Positions 28,050 through 38,601 of a DNA stretch of 64,000 nucleotides are shown piece by piece. Within the stretch, counting starts at the first letter, position 1, and every line of letters begins with the position of its first letter. Origin of the DNA: Cyclobacteriaceae bacterium (GTDB taxonomy: Bacteria > Bacteroidota > Bacteroidia > Cytophagales > Cyclobacteriaceae). The notes beneath the pieces were generated by a model that saw nothing but the letters and a program-made list of their open reading frames with translations, was not told the DNA's origin and searched no databases. Position numbers and translations under genes: made by a program. The DNA lies in the NCBI GenBank assembly GCA_039810905.1, contig JBDHXU010000004.1, forward strand, positions 1,921-65,920, in the 5' to 3' direction.

Positions 28050-29589
28050 AGAATACATTTCTTTTTTCGACTCCCTCCGACTTGTACACTTTGATGTACT
28101 GATATCCCCACACATAGAAATTCTCACCATACCAATATCTCAGGTAACCTTCATCGTCTTCATCCGTCTTTTCTGAAGCGTCACGGGACCGGACCACGAG
28201 TTCACTGGTCAGCGAATCCTCCTCACCTTCGGAATGTTCTTTCACGTAAAATACTTTGCCCTGCTTCTTGAATGCAAGGTAGATGCTGTCACGATGAACA
28301 AAAAAATCACTGATTTGTTCCAACCCGGATTGTCTTACTTCATCAAGTTTGATGCTCAAGTCCTTAACGGGCTTGCCGGTTGGTGAGAGTTTGATTACGG
28401 CTGACTGAATCATTCTGAAATCATAACTCCGGGATGTTGTGTAAGGAAACGGGTCATAATAGCTATTGTATCTGCGAAAAGGACTGTAGGAGGGATATGC
28501 GCCATAGTTGCCGTAGTAGGGTGAATAGTAGGAGCCAGGCCAATATGAGCTGCCTCCGCCTGAAGGGTTGTAGGATTCAGTCAGAAGATAATATCCATCC
28601 GTCCGTTCTTCCAACCGCATGGGCTTGGCATATAGCCTGTAGTCCGGAGGGAGCCCTGCTGCTTTCTGTTGATTGGCTTTCGTACGGATTTTTGAAGCCT
28701 TTCTCGGTTTGAGGTAATCAAGGAAATGCTCTAGTGATGCAAAGTCAACATACTGTATACTCTCTTCATTGAAGGGATCGATCTGAACAGTAAAGATGCC
28801 GAGTGCCTGTTTGCTGGTGCCTTCGGCGTAAGTTCCGGCAACAAGCAACTCCTCCCGTTCCAGAGAACTGGTAATTGCAGAAAGAACACTGTATTTGGCA
28901 TCCACTTCCATGTTTTCGTCCAGCAGTAATTGACCTTCATGGTCATACGTTCTAAGTGTCAGAATGTCTTTTTCTTTGGTTCTGCGCTCCACTAGAAGGA
29001 CGTTGAAAGTTTCATTCTGGTTCGCCCTTACATCCAGCAGTTCCACGTCCTTTACAAACAGACCAGGCAATACTTTTGGGTGCTCGCTGGATTGGTCAAA
29101 AAGAAGTACGGCCGGCTCGGAGTTAACATATCCTCCAAAGACTGCATTATCGCCACAAACAGTGAAGTAGGCAATTCTGAAATTGAGTTCGAATTCAACG
29201 GTGCTAATCCTCGTCTCTTTGGTGTGGAAATTCATTTGGACCAGCCGAAAGCTGTGGCCCTGATATTCTCCGGACCTGAAAAGAAGATAAAGGTGCCGGG
29301 GAGTATATTCATAACCAATGAAGTTCTGAGTGTTTTCTAGTTGTACTCCGGTTTGCCAACGGGATGTTAATGTAGTATCGAGGATTTCGACGGTCCATGT
29401 CCGCTTACCATGCTCATAGGTGTTGGTACCATTGACCAGCGCCATCCCTTCCGTTTTCATCGGAATGACAACAAATCCCTCTTCAGATTCCTTTACTTCC
29501 TGCTCGAAACGGAATGGCTGTGCAAGCTGCCCGAAAGTCGTTATGGCAGCGAGCAGGAACCCGATTACTATAAGTGATTTCCTCTTCAA
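28021..29589 (-). CDS. Hypothetical exported protein
   Basis: Signal peptide MKRKSLIVIGFLLAAITTFG; 522 aa; Tyr/Ser/Pro-rich loop. Confidence 0.75.
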   Translation of the reverse strand: MKRKSLIVIGFLLAAITTFGQLAQPFRFEQEVKESEEGFVVIPMKTEGMALVNGTNTYEHGKRTWTVEILDTTLTSRWQTGVQLENTQNFIGYEYTPRHLYLLFRSGEYQGHSFRLVQMNFHTKETRISTVEFELNFRIAYFTVCGDNAVFGGYVNSEPAVLLFDQSSEHPKVLPGLFVKDVELLDVRANQNETFNVLLVERRTKEKDILTLRTYDHEGQLLLDENMEVDAKYSVLSAITSSLEREELLVAGTYAEGTSKQALGIFTVQIDPFNEESIQYVDFASLEHFLDYLKPRKASKIRTKANQQKAAGLPPDYRLYAKPMRLEERTDGYYLLTESYNPSGGGSSYWPGSYYSPYYGNYGAYPSYSPFRRYNSYYDPFPYTTSRSYDFRMIQSAVIKLSPTGKPVKDLSIKLDEVRQSGLEQISDFFVHRDSIYLAFKKQGKVFYVKEHSEGEEDSLTSELVVRSRDASEKTDEDDEGYLRYWYGENFYVWGYQYIKVYKSEGVEKRNVFYVNRISPGR

Positions 29590-29596
29590 TGACTGA

Positions 29597-29995
29597 CTAA
29601 TCGCCCATGCTTAGAATGTGGTCAAATTCTTCTTTTCTTACCGGTTGTACGGAAAGGCGCGCGGCCTTCACCAATACCATTTTTGAAAGCGATTTGTCTG
29701 CCTTGATGGCGGCGAGCGAAACCGGCTTCTTCAGCGCCCTTTTTGGGGCCAGGTCCACCGCGGTCCATGCCTGATCTTTTGGCTCAGGATAACCTTCCCG
29801 GGTAATGGTAGCAATGCCAACCACAGCCTTTTCTTCTCCCGTATGATAAATCAGCGCCATATCCCCCTTAGCCATTGCTTTAAGGTTCTTTCTGGCCTGA
29901 AAATTCCTGACACCATCCCATACCGCCCTTTTATCGCGAACAAGATCTTCCCAGGAAAATGTTCCCGGCTCCGTTTTCAATAACCAGTAATTCAT
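29597..29995 (-). CDS. EVE domain protein
   Basis: MNYWLLKTEP, WDGVRNFQAR and RLSVQPV motifs. Confidence 0.93.
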   Translation of the reverse strand: MNYWLLKTEPGTFSWEDLVRDKRAVWDGVRNFQARKNLKAMAKGDMALIYHTGEEKAVVGIATITREGYPEPKDQAWTAVDLAPKRALKKPVSLAAIKADKSLSKMVLVKAARLSVQPVRKEEFDHILSMGD

Positions 29996-30075
29996 AGTCT
30001 TAGATTCAACTTCTAAAATAGCAAATAGAGTTTGGGCCTGATACCCCGACAAAGGGTATTCTTGAAAAGCTGGGT

Positions 30076-30083
30076 TAACTTTG
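30076..30083 (+). promoter_or_regulatory. Bacteroidota -7 promoter element (TAACTTTG) for the GT9 gene
   Basis: Exact TAnnTTTG upstream of ATG 30103. Confidence 0.5.
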
Positions 30084-30102
30084 TATCCTTTGCCCCTCCT
30101 GC

Positions 30103-31113
30103 ATGAAAGTACTTATCATCCGTTTTTCATCCATTGGCGACATCGTGTTGACCACCCCGGTGATTAGGACACTGAAAACCCAATTGGAGGGCTGTGAACT
30201 TCATTATGCAACCAAGTTGCAGTTTAAAACACTGCTTGAGTCTAATCCCTATGTAGACAAACTTCACCTGCTTGGGGATGACCTGGATGAACTTGCCAAA
30301 AGGCTGAAACAGGAACATTTTGACTGCATTATTGACCTTCACCATAACCTTCGGACTTATATCCTTAAACGAAAACTTGGCGTGAAGAGGACTTACAGCT
30401 TCGACAAGCTCAATGCCGCCAAGTGGCTGATGGTGAACCTTAAGATCAACCGGCTGCCAGCTGTTCATCTTGTGGACCGTTACATGAAAACGGTCGAACA
30501 ACTGGGAGTTAGGATGGATGCATTGGGGCTTGACTATTTTATTCCGGAGAAAGATGAGGTTCCCGTAGATTGGCTTCCAGAACCATTCAGGGATGGCTTT
30601 GTAATCTATGCCATAGGTGGTCAGCATCAAACCAAGAGGCTCCCGGTCAAAAGGATGATTGAATTGTGCGACAGGATAAATCGACCCATTGTCCTTCTTG
30701 GGGGCAAAGAGGATGAACAGGATGGTAATGTTGTGGAGGATTTCTTTAAACATTCTCCCGGCGATGAGTTAACCGCGACCATCAAGCTGAAACTCGAGAA
30801 GAAAACCGTGGTTTACAATGCTTGCGGAAAGTTCAATCTCAATCAGTCTGCCAGTATTGTGAAGAAGGCGAGGTGTGTATTCACACATGATAGTGGTCTG
30901 ATGCACATAGCTGCCGCTTTCAAGAAGGAGGTGTTCAGCATCTGGGGAAATACCATCCCTGCGTTCGGCATGTATCCTTACAGGACAAAGTTCACCATTC
31001 TGGAAAATAACCGGATCAGTTGCCGTCCCTGCTCCAAGATCGGGTATGACAAATGCCCCAAAGGTCACTTCAAGTGCATGAATGACATTTCGTTTGACTT
31101 TTATATTCCTTGA
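30103..31113 (+). CDS. Glycosyltransferase family 9 (heptosyltransferase-like)
   Basis: IIRFSSIGDIVL, HDSGLMHIAAA and CRPCSKIG motifs. Confidence 0.92.
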   Translation: MKVLIIRFSSIGDIVLTTPVIRTLKTQLEGCELHYATKLQFKTLLESNPYVDKLHLLGDDLDELAKRLKQEHFDCIIDLHHNLRTYILKRKLGVKRTYSFDKLNAAKWLMVNLKINRLPAVHLVDRYMKTVEQLGVRMDALGLDYFIPEKDEVPVDWLPEPFRDGFVIYAIGGQHQTKRLPVKRMIELCDRINRPIVLLGGKEDEQDGNVVEDFFKHSPGDELTATIKLKLEKKTVVYNACGKFNLNQSASIVKKARCVFTHDSGLMHIAAAFKKEVFSIWGNTIPAFGMYPYRTKFTILENNRISCRPCSKIGYDKCPKGHFKCMNDISFDFYIP

Positions 31114-31433
31114 TGCGACAATGTGATCGATTTGTCGTTGTCAGTCCTTAATACAGGCGCGTAATGGGCTAGCCCCAAACCAGTCCGCATTGTTGAATTG
31201 GTCACAGGCGCACCGTTGAATTTCTGCAATCTGATGTAAAACCTTACGTGACTTCGTAACAAATAGTCAAGGATTTCGAGCTATCAAGGCAAAACTTTAT
31301 TTTGCAAAGTCCAACGAAATGGCGAGCCCGATCTACTGTTTTCCGGGTTTCTTTTGGCTGGTTTTTCGTATGGATTGGATGGTGCCGAAGTACATCTGAT
31401 TTTGATAACCGTTTGGTCCAATCACCTGACCCC

Positions 31434-34400
31434 ATGAAATACTTTCTTGCGTTACTACAAATGGTAATCCTGGTAATTTCTGGCCAGGCAGCCAGTATTA
31501 CCTCCACCGGGGTTGGCGGCAATTGGAGTTCGACCGGAACCTGGGTTGGAGGTGTAGTTCCAACAGCGGCAGATGACGTAACTATTGCCTCAGGCGCAAC
31601 TGTCAGTATTGATGTAAACGGAGCTTGCCTGTCACTGACAATGAATGGGACGGCTATCATTGACTTTCCAACTAATAACCGTACACTCACCGTCAATGGA
31701 ATAATGACGATGAATGGCACAAGCCAGGTGTCAGGGAACAACGCAAACCGGACACTCGCCCTCCAAAGCGGATTTGTCGTGCCTGCAGGTCAGCAAGGCG
31801 GATTCAGTGGCATATCGGTAACCCAGCCGGCTGGTCAAAACTTCACCATCAACGGCACCTTTGCACCTTTTGCACCGAATAATGGCACCAAGACACTTGG
31901 GAATCTGGTTATGGCAGCAGGAGCAAGCTGGGTAGCTAGTAGTACGGAGACGTACACTTTCCAGGGAAATGCAAGCCTTACCGACGGATGCAGCGTGGAC
32001 GGTAGTTCAACAGCAACGATTGTAGTGAACGGAAATCTGTCAGTACTTGCAGGAGTGGCGGGTCAGCACACAAAGATTGGTCGGATATCACTAACAGTTA
32101 ACGGAACAACAACGGTGGCCGGTTATTTTGAATACTCCGCATCGGCCGCGGGAACGAAGACTTTTAATAATACGATCACTGTTGGACTTGGAGGAACCTG
32201 GGATGACCTCATAGGAGAAGATCCTGTAATCAACTGCAGCATTGTCAATAATGGCACATGGCCGGATCCAACAGGAGGCACCGGCAGTTACCGGGTTAAT
32301 GTTGCAGGGAATTACACATTTTCCGGAAATGGTACCATTGGCATGACCCAGCTCCGGTTCAACTCCGCCTCCACCGTAACAAACTCTGCCACACTCAGGC
32401 TTGCAGGTGCCGGCACAGGAAACAATGCTCCGCTGCGCATGAACTCAGCGGGTTCGCTATTCAAGAATGGCAATGGCACCTCAGGCTACCTTTATTTTCC
32501 AGCTAGCACGGACCCTGTAACCATAAACAGCGGCGCTGTGGATTTTTCCCCAACGAACAACACGGTTGAATACAGTTCATCCGGCAATCAAAATATCTAT
32601 TCAGATGGCGTAACTCCCTATTACAATCTCGTATGCTCAAATGGAGCAAGCAAATTTGTCAATGGCGCCACAATTGTTAATCATAATGTGACAATTTCCG
32701 GAACAACAACCCTTGATGTAGCAGGAGGTTCAGACCTGACTGGTACGGGCAATGTGATCATGACCGGCACCAGCGTGTTCCGTCTGTCTTCAGCAGGTAC
32801 AGTTCCAGCCTTGACCGGTGCGGGTAACAGTCTTTCGGCAGGTACAACCATCGAGTTCTATCGGGGAGGCGCACAGACCGCCGCCAGCAGCGGAGCCTGG
32901 CCATATCAGGATGTGCTGATTTCAGGAGCAGCAGGTTGCAACGTGAATATGTCCGGTGTGAGTTCAGTAGCCGGTGATCTCACCATTAACAATCAGGGTC
33001 TGATGAATTCTAATGCGGTACTTGCCATTGTAGGTACATTCACCTACTCTTCATCAAGCGGGACTGCCACTACATTTGCCAATAACATTACAACAGGTTC
33101 CTACGTGGGTAACAGCGGACTTGAAAACTTCAACGGAAAGACACTTACGATTAATGGAACGAATGGCTATTGGGAAAACAATGGAGCCACCTATTCTGCA
33201 CCTGGACCCATCGTCGCCTTCACTACAGGGACCGGACAGGAGATCAGAGGAACTGTTGTAACGTCTTTTTCCAGTTTGACAATAAATAACATCAACGCAG
33301 ACGTTACGCTGTCGACAGACGCCATTGTGGTCACAGGGCTCACTTTTACAAAGCATAATATTGTAACAGGTACATTCAATGTTATTGCGGGACCTGCAGT
33401 TCCTATCACTGCATCGTCAGCCACAGGGTGGATCGATGGAAATTGCAGGAGACTTGTTAATGCCGTAGGATCACCCACACTTTCATTTCCTGTGGGCACA
33501 ATCACAACCTATGCGCCATTGACCCTAACATTGAATTCAGTAACAAACACAACCGGATTTATAACAGCAAGTACAACGGATGGAGATAGTCCTGATGTTT
33601 ATTCAGGACTATTCGAACCCAGCCGTACGGTAAATCGCTACTGGAGCATTACCAATTCAGATGCGGTTACTCCTGCTGTGACATTTACATCGGCAACGGG
33701 CGTGCTGAATTTTGTGGTGGCCGATTATCCTGGCGCTTTGGATTTTACAAAAGCCTACATCCGGGCATACGATAACACCACCCTTACCTGGACGGATGCC
33801 GCTGTTCCTGTTATTACTTCTACCGCAACTTCTGCAACTTTCACTGCCTTCGCTTCAGCCAACTTTCCCCAGAATGACAGGGTTGACTTTGAGGTCGGCC
33901 AGGTGATCAGTCCGACAACCATTACCAATCGTTTGGCCAATGGCACCTTCAATTGGAGCGCAGCAACTACATGGATACAATATCGCACAGGAAGCATCAC
34001 CCTTACAAATGGAAGTTCCGCCGTAACCGGCAGCAGCACAAAATTCACAACTGAGTTGAATCCGCTGGATGTTATCATGCTTGTTGTATCTCCCGGAACA
34101 ACTTACACGGTAGCGTCCATTACCGATGATACCCACCTTACGCTCAGTGCAAATTATGTAGGTGCGACCACTACTGGGACTTATGGTCGTCAACAGGTTC
34201 CCGGCAACAATTCGCCGGTGTCTGATGTTGACGCTGTAGTTATCGGAAATTCATTCCTGACTAATACAGCTACGACAACAATCAATCTGGATTTGACCAA
34301 CATCAAAGTTCTCACTTTGGATGTTAACACCGCCGCCAGCCCAATTGCACAAGTTCACGTGCTGCAGCATTTGGCCACTAATGGAGTTACAGTCCTTGCC

Positions 34401-36710
34401 AATGCCACTGTTAGTCAACCAGGGGCAAATGCTATGACAGACGCCTGGAATATTGATGCAGGCTCTGCCACGGTGCAGGGTGATCTTACGATTGGCTCCA
34501 CTAACAGTACGACAGTTTCAAGAATTGGCAAGGTCAACCTGACCAGTGGCACCATTACGCTTAACAACCTCAAGTTCAAAACAGGCGCTGGAGCAGGAAG
34601 GGAGGTACAGGCTGTACTGGCAATGGGAAATAACTCAAAAGCCTACCTCTCGGGTTCCGTTTCTTTTTTGCCAAATAACAGGGGGACCCTGACCTCAACA
34701 GCGGGTGCACCCGGTTCCACTTTTGTCTATAACAAGACGACGGGAAGTCAGACACTGGCCTTCCCATCCTCAGGGGCTGCATCATTCGTTTATAACAACC
34801 TGTGGAGCGAAAACACAAGCCCTGCCAGTTCAGGACTGATGATTACAACGGCACTCACATCCACTAATGTAACTGGCAATATTGAGGTACATAGTGGAGC
34901 CTGGATGCAATTGGCATCGAATGTCACTATTACGGGTAATAACACGAAGAATTTTATTGTCTCTGCCGGGGGTACTTTTGAAATAATCACCACAGCAGCC
35001 AATCCTATTTTCCCAACAGGCTATACTTTCGACCTTGGTACTGTTGCGCCATTTGGAACCGTAATCTACAACTCTGACCGTGCGAGGGATATCAGCGCTC
35101 AGACTTACGGCCATCTGCTGGTAATGAACAACCCCGCCACTTTCACCGCCAATCGCACGTATACACTTCCCAACTCGACCGTGACTGTTATGGGTGATTT
35201 TACTCTGGGGGATGGTGTGTCTTCATTTCTCCCCACCTTGGCGGGGACCGGCGCATCTACTTTGCTGGATGTGCGTGGGGCGCTAAGCGTCCTATCCGGT
35301 ACTATGAATGCTGCCAATATCCCTCAAATCAAGGTGGGGAAGGATTGGACCAATAATGACACTTTCTCGCCTTCAACAAGTACTGTAGAATTTACCGGCA
35401 AAGTCGCTACCCAACTTATTACCGGGAATTCGTCCAACTCGTTCTATAACCTTACGATCAATACAACAAACACAACCGATATTGTCCAGCTGGCAGGTAA
35501 TATTTCAGTGGGCAATGTCCTGAACCTGACCAAAGGAGGATTGGACATGATCGATGCATCCAATATTGGCAGGACTATTACCCTGACTTCAAATGCTACT
35601 GGAGCAATTACAAGAACCTCCGGCTACATCAAAGGAGAGCGAGTCATCAGTGCGGCTAGTGTGCCATATGGTGTGGTCACATGGAGTATTGGAACAGCCA
35701 CCGGTACCTACATTGTACCATTTGGATATAGCTCGGCTGCAGCAGACTATATCCCATTCACGATGAATAAGACTACTTCGGGGGCGGGGGGTACCGGTTT
35801 TTCATTCTCCAGCTACCGTACCTTCAATACACAGAACCAGCCTTATCCTCCCACTGTCACAGGCCTGTCAGGCGCTCCCACGGGTGCCACCGTTGCTGAC
35901 CGCTTCTGGATTATTACTCCCAATGGCTATACCACCAAGCCAACAGCAGATATTACTTTTACGATTGCATCAGCAGAGAGACCCACCTCCTTGCCGTCAT
36001 CATTGAATGCCCAGCGATGGAATCCATCCCTGTTCTGGGATCCTCCATTTCCATTATGCGGTGCTGGAACCTGTTATACCAGTGGCAGCGGCACGACTGT
36101 AACCATTAGTGCAGTAACGAACTTTTCCCCCTGGGTGGTAACGGATCCTGCCACACCGCTTCCAATCCAGCTGCGTGAATTCACTGCATCTTATCAATCC
36201 GGACTGGTCAATCTGCATTGGTCTACGGAATCGGAATTGAACAATGACTACTTCACCGTGCAGCGCACATCGGGCAGTGAAAGCTTTGAAGATGTAATCA
36301 ACATTAAAGGTGCAGGAACCACCGGGGTATCCAGAAAATATTCTGCAGTGGATGTTCAGCCGCTACCAGGCATTTGGTATTACAGATTGCGCCAAACCGA
36401 CTTTGATGGTCGGTACACGTATTCAAAACTGGTTAAGGTGGAGGTTCCATCGTCTGCAGGCTGGAAGGTCTTTCCCAACCCTGCCTCAGACGGATCATTC
36501 AATATGAAATTTGAACCTGGTGATCTGGGAAAATCCGCATGGATTATTATCCATGATATAAATGGGGCAGAGGTACTTAATTTCCACTTTAATAGCCTGA
36601 CTGAGAGGGAAGTTAGGATCAAACTGCCGGAGGGCTGCATTTCAGGTGTTTACATCTTGTCCATTGCCGTTGAGCAACAAATCGTCAGGCAGAAATTGGT
36701 TATTCGCTGA
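31434..36710 (+). CDS. Large T9SS-secreted surface protein (beta-rich, internally duplicated, C-terminal sorting domain)
   Basis: Signal peptide from ATG 31434; GNWS..TW..VP..DDVTI motif; G/T/N/S-rich body; PLPIQLREF, YYRLRQTDFDG and VFPNP...KLVIR C-terminal domain. Confidence 0.88.
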   Translation: MKYFLALLQMVILVISGQAASITSTGVGGNWSSTGTWVGGVVPTAADDVTIASGATVSIDVNGACLSLTMNGTAIIDFPTNNRTLTVNGIMTMNGTSQVSGNNANRTLALQSGFVVPAGQQGGFSGISVTQPAGQNFTINGTFAPFAPNNGTKTLGNLVMAAGASWVASSTETYTFQGNASLTDGCSVDGSSTATIVVNGNLSVLAGVAGQHTKIGRISLTVNGTTTVAGYFEYSASAAGTKTFNNTITVGLGGTWDDLIGEDPVINCSIVNNGTWPDPTGGTGSYRVNVAGNYTFSGNGTIGMTQLRFNSASTVTNSATLRLAGAGTGNNAPLRMNSAGSLFKNGNGTSGYLYFPASTDPVTINSGAVDFSPTNNTVEYSSSGNQNIYSDGVTPYYNLVCSNGASKFVNGATIVNHNVTISGTTTLDVAGGSDLTGTGNVIMTGTSVFRLSSAGTVPALTGAGNSLSAGTTIEFYRGGAQTAASSGAWPYQDVLISGAAGCNVNMSGVSSVAGDLTINNQGLMNSNAVLAIVGTFTYSSSSGTATTFANNITTGSYVGNSGLENFNGKTLTINGTNGYWENNGATYSAPGPIVAFTTGTGQEIRGTVVTSFSSLTINNINADVTLSTDAIVVTGLTFTKHNIVTGTFNVIAGPAVPITASSATGWIDGNCRRLVNAVGSPTLSFPVGTITTYAPLTLTLNSVTNTTGFITASTTDGDSPDVYSGLFEPSRTVNRYWSITNSDAVTPAVTFTSATGVLNFVVADYPGALDFTKAYIRAYDNTTLTWTDAAVPVITSTATSATFTAFASANFPQNDRVDFEVGQVISPTTITNRLANGTFNWSAATTWIQYRTGSITLTNGSSAVTGSSTKFTTELNPLDVIMLVVSPGTTYTVASITDDTHLTLSANYVGATTTGTYGRQQVPGNNSPVSDVDAVVIGNSFLTNTATTTINLDLTNIKVLTLDVNTAASPIAQVHVLQHLATNGVTVLANATVSQPGANAMTDAWNIDAGSATVQGDLTIGSTNSTTVSRIGKVNLTSGTITLNNLKFKTGAGAGREVQAVLAMGNNSKAYLSGSVSFLPNNRGTLTSTAGAPGSTFVYNKTTGSQTLAFPSSGAASFVYNNLWSENTSPASSGLMITTALTSTNVTGNIEVHSGAWMQLASNVTITGNNTKNFIVSAGGTFEIITTAANPIFPTGYTFDLGTVAPFGTVIYNSDRARDISAQTYGHLLVMNNPATFTANRTYTLPNSTVTVMGDFTLGDGVSSFLPTLAGTGASTLLDVRGALSVLSGTMNAANIPQIKVGKDWTNNDTFSPSTSTVEFTGKVATQLITGNSSNSFYNLTINTTNTTDIVQLAGNISVGNVLNLTKGGLDMIDASNIGRTITLTSNATGAITRTSGYIKGERVISAASVPYGVVTWSIGTATGTYIVPFGYSSAAADYIPFTMNKTTSGAGGTGFSFSSYRTFNTQNQPYPPTVTGLSGAPTGATVADRFWIITPNGYTTKPTADITFTIASAERPTSLPSSLNAQRWNPSLFWDPPFPLCGAGTCYTSGSGTTVTISAVTNFSPWVVTDPATPLPIQLREFTASYQSGLVNLHWSTESELNNDYFTVQRTSGSESFEDVINIKGAGTTGVSRKYSAVDVQPLPGIWYYRLRQTDFDGRYTYSKLVKVEVPSSAGWKVFPNPASDGSFNMKFEPGDLGKSAWIIIHDINGAEVLNFHFNSLTEREVRIKLPEGCISGVYILSIAVEQQIVRQKLVIR

Positions 36711-36712
36711 AA

Positions 36713-38596
36713 TTAATAGGCGCGCACCAGCCGTCCCTCCATATAGTTGATGTAGGATTTGTTGGCTACCATCATGCCACCAGGTGTCGGATAATCGCCT
36801 GTAAAATACCAATCGCCCAGGTGCTGAGGTATAGCACGGTGAAGGGCATCTACAGTCTGGAATACGATTTTCAGTTCCGCCTTCATGTCTGAAGGTTTCA
36901 CGATATCCGCGATCTTGTCTGAAATTTCTTCGTAGTTATACTGTTCGTACAACCGCTTTACATAATTGATTCGCTTGTCTTCACTGAAGGATCGTTGGCA
37001 TTGTTCGTAGACCTCTCCAAGCAAGTAATCTTTGCCTTGCTCTTTCAGCAATTCGATCACAGCTCGGAACGCAACAAAATCACCCATCCTGCTCATGTCA
37101 ATGCCGTAGCAATCAGGAAACCGTATCTGGGGTGCCGACGACACGACCACAATCTTCTTGGGTCCAAGCCTGTCCAGTAACCGGAGAATGCTTTTTTCAA
37201 GTGTTGTGCCCCTTACAATGGAATCGTCGATCACGACCAGGGTATCTTTGTCTTTCTTGACTACTTCGTAGGTCGTGTCGTACACATGAGACACCAGTTC
37301 ATCGCGTGAACTGTCATCTGAAATGAATGTTCTCAGTTTGGCGTCTTTGATCACGATCTTCTCCACACGTGGTCTGAAGGCCAGGAGATCTTCAAGCGAG
37401 TCAACAGATGGTTTTCCCTCAATAATAATTTCCGTCTGTTTCTTTACGAGGTAATGGTCAATCTCCTCCATCATCCCATAGAAGGCAGTCTCAGCGGTAT
37501 TAGGGATGTACGAAAAGATTGTATTCTTCAAATCAAAGTTAATGGCCTTGAGGACCTGCGGCACCAGCAATTTGCCCAGCATTTTACGCTCGCGGTAGAT
37601 GTCAGGGTCGTTTCCTCTTGAGAAGTAGATTCGCTCAAAGCTGCAGGACCTTTTTTCACCAGCGGTGATGATTGCATGCTGGGCATAATCCCCGCTTTTT
37701 GAAACGACAAGCGCATGGCCAGGTTTGATTTCCTCTATCTGACTGTATTCCACATTGAATGCAGTCTTGATGGCTGGTTTTTCAGATGCAACCACTACCA
37801 CTTCTTCATCCGCGTAATAGTATGCTGGCCGTATGCCATTGGGATCCCTCACTACAAATGCCGCTCCTGATCCGATCAGTCCCGCCATGGTATATCCGCC
37901 GTCGAAATCCTTGCAGGCTCTTCGCAAAATTCGAGGCAAATCAATTTCATTTTCGATGATGTCGGAGATCTCCTTGTTGGTAAATTGATCCTTGTACTTT
38001 TCGAACTGGGTTTGCACCTCTTCATCCAGAAAGTGCCCTATTTTCTCCATTACCGTTACCGTGTCAACCTTCTCCTTTGGGTGCTGTCCAAGATTAACAA
38101 GAATATCGAACAGCTCGTCGACATTGGTCATGTTGAAGTTGCCGGCCATCACAAGATTGCGGCTCCTCCAATTGTTCTGACGGAGAAATGGATGGACGTT
38201 TTCAATGCTGTTATAGCCATGTGTGCCATAGCGCAGATGTCCTAGCCACAACTCACCCGAAAAGGCCAGGTTCTTTTTCAGCCATTTTTCATCCCTGAAC
38301 TTCTCTTCACCTTCCTTTTGGGCCTTTCTGTACTTCTTGCCGATTTTCCTGAACAGACTGGCAACCGGCTGACTTTTCATGGAACGATACCGGCTTATGT
38401 ACCGGAGCCCAGGTTCCTGGTCAATCTTGATATTGGCAATTCCAGCGCCGTCCTGCCCCCGGTTGTGCTGTTTCTCCATCAGGATATACATTTTATTCAT
38501 CCCGTAGGTAGGCCCGTATTTCTCGATGTAATAGGACAATGGTTTGCGGAGCCTTATCAGGGCTATTCCGCATTCGTGGCGTATGGAATCGCTCAT
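36713..38596 (-). CDS. purF: Amidophosphoribosyltransferase (long Bacteroidota form)
   Basis: HECG (catalytic Cys), QHNRGQDGAG, GHLRYGT, FERIYFSR, DDSIVRGTT and YGIDM motifs. Confidence 0.93.
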   Translation of the reverse strand: MSDSIRHECGIALIRLRKPLSYYIEKYGPTYGMNKMYILMEKQHNRGQDGAGIANIKIDQEPGLRYISRYRSMKSQPVASLFRKIGKKYRKAQKEGEEKFRDEKWLKKNLAFSGELWLGHLRYGTHGYNSIENVHPFLRQNNWRSRNLVMAGNFNMTNVDELFDILVNLGQHPKEKVDTVTVMEKIGHFLDEEVQTQFEKYKDQFTNKEISDIIENEIDLPRILRRACKDFDGGYTMAGLIGSGAAFVVRDPNGIRPAYYYADEEVVVVASEKPAIKTAFNVEYSQIEEIKPGHALVVSKSGDYAQHAIITAGEKRSCSFERIYFSRGNDPDIYRERKMLGKLLVPQVLKAINFDLKNTIFSYIPNTAETAFYGMMEEIDHYLVKKQTEIIIEGKPSVDSLEDLLAFRPRVEKIVIKDAKLRTFISDDSSRDELVSHVYDTTYEVVKKDKDTLVVIDDSIVRGTTLEKSILRLLDRLGPKKIVVVSSAPQIRFPDCYGIDMSRMGDFVAFRAVIELLKEQGKDYLLGEVYEQCQRSFSEDKRINYVKRLYEQYNYEEISDKIADIVKPSDMKAELKIVFQTVDALHRAIPQHLGDWYFTGDYPTPGGMMVANKSYINYMEGRLVRAY

Positions 38597-38601
38597 CAGG
38601 A

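Noticed and set aside
31114-31433. Possible riboswitch (GGCAAA...GCAAAG resembles c-di-GMP-I) in the long intergenic region
   Set aside because: Lacks the GAAA tetraloop stem and the GACGCAAAG core; only short, weak hairpins; an Rfam scan would settle it
31302-31433. N-terminal extension of the T9SS ORF given by the ORF track
   Set aside because: The signal peptide begins at ATG 31434; similar over-extended starts were trimmed for leuB, SET, EVE, nuoK, tgt, mmsA, serine hydrolase, GNAT, ArsR and VOC
33975-34190. Prophage remnant
   Set aside because: The phage-like segment is in frame within a host T9SS gene and no other phage genes are nearby
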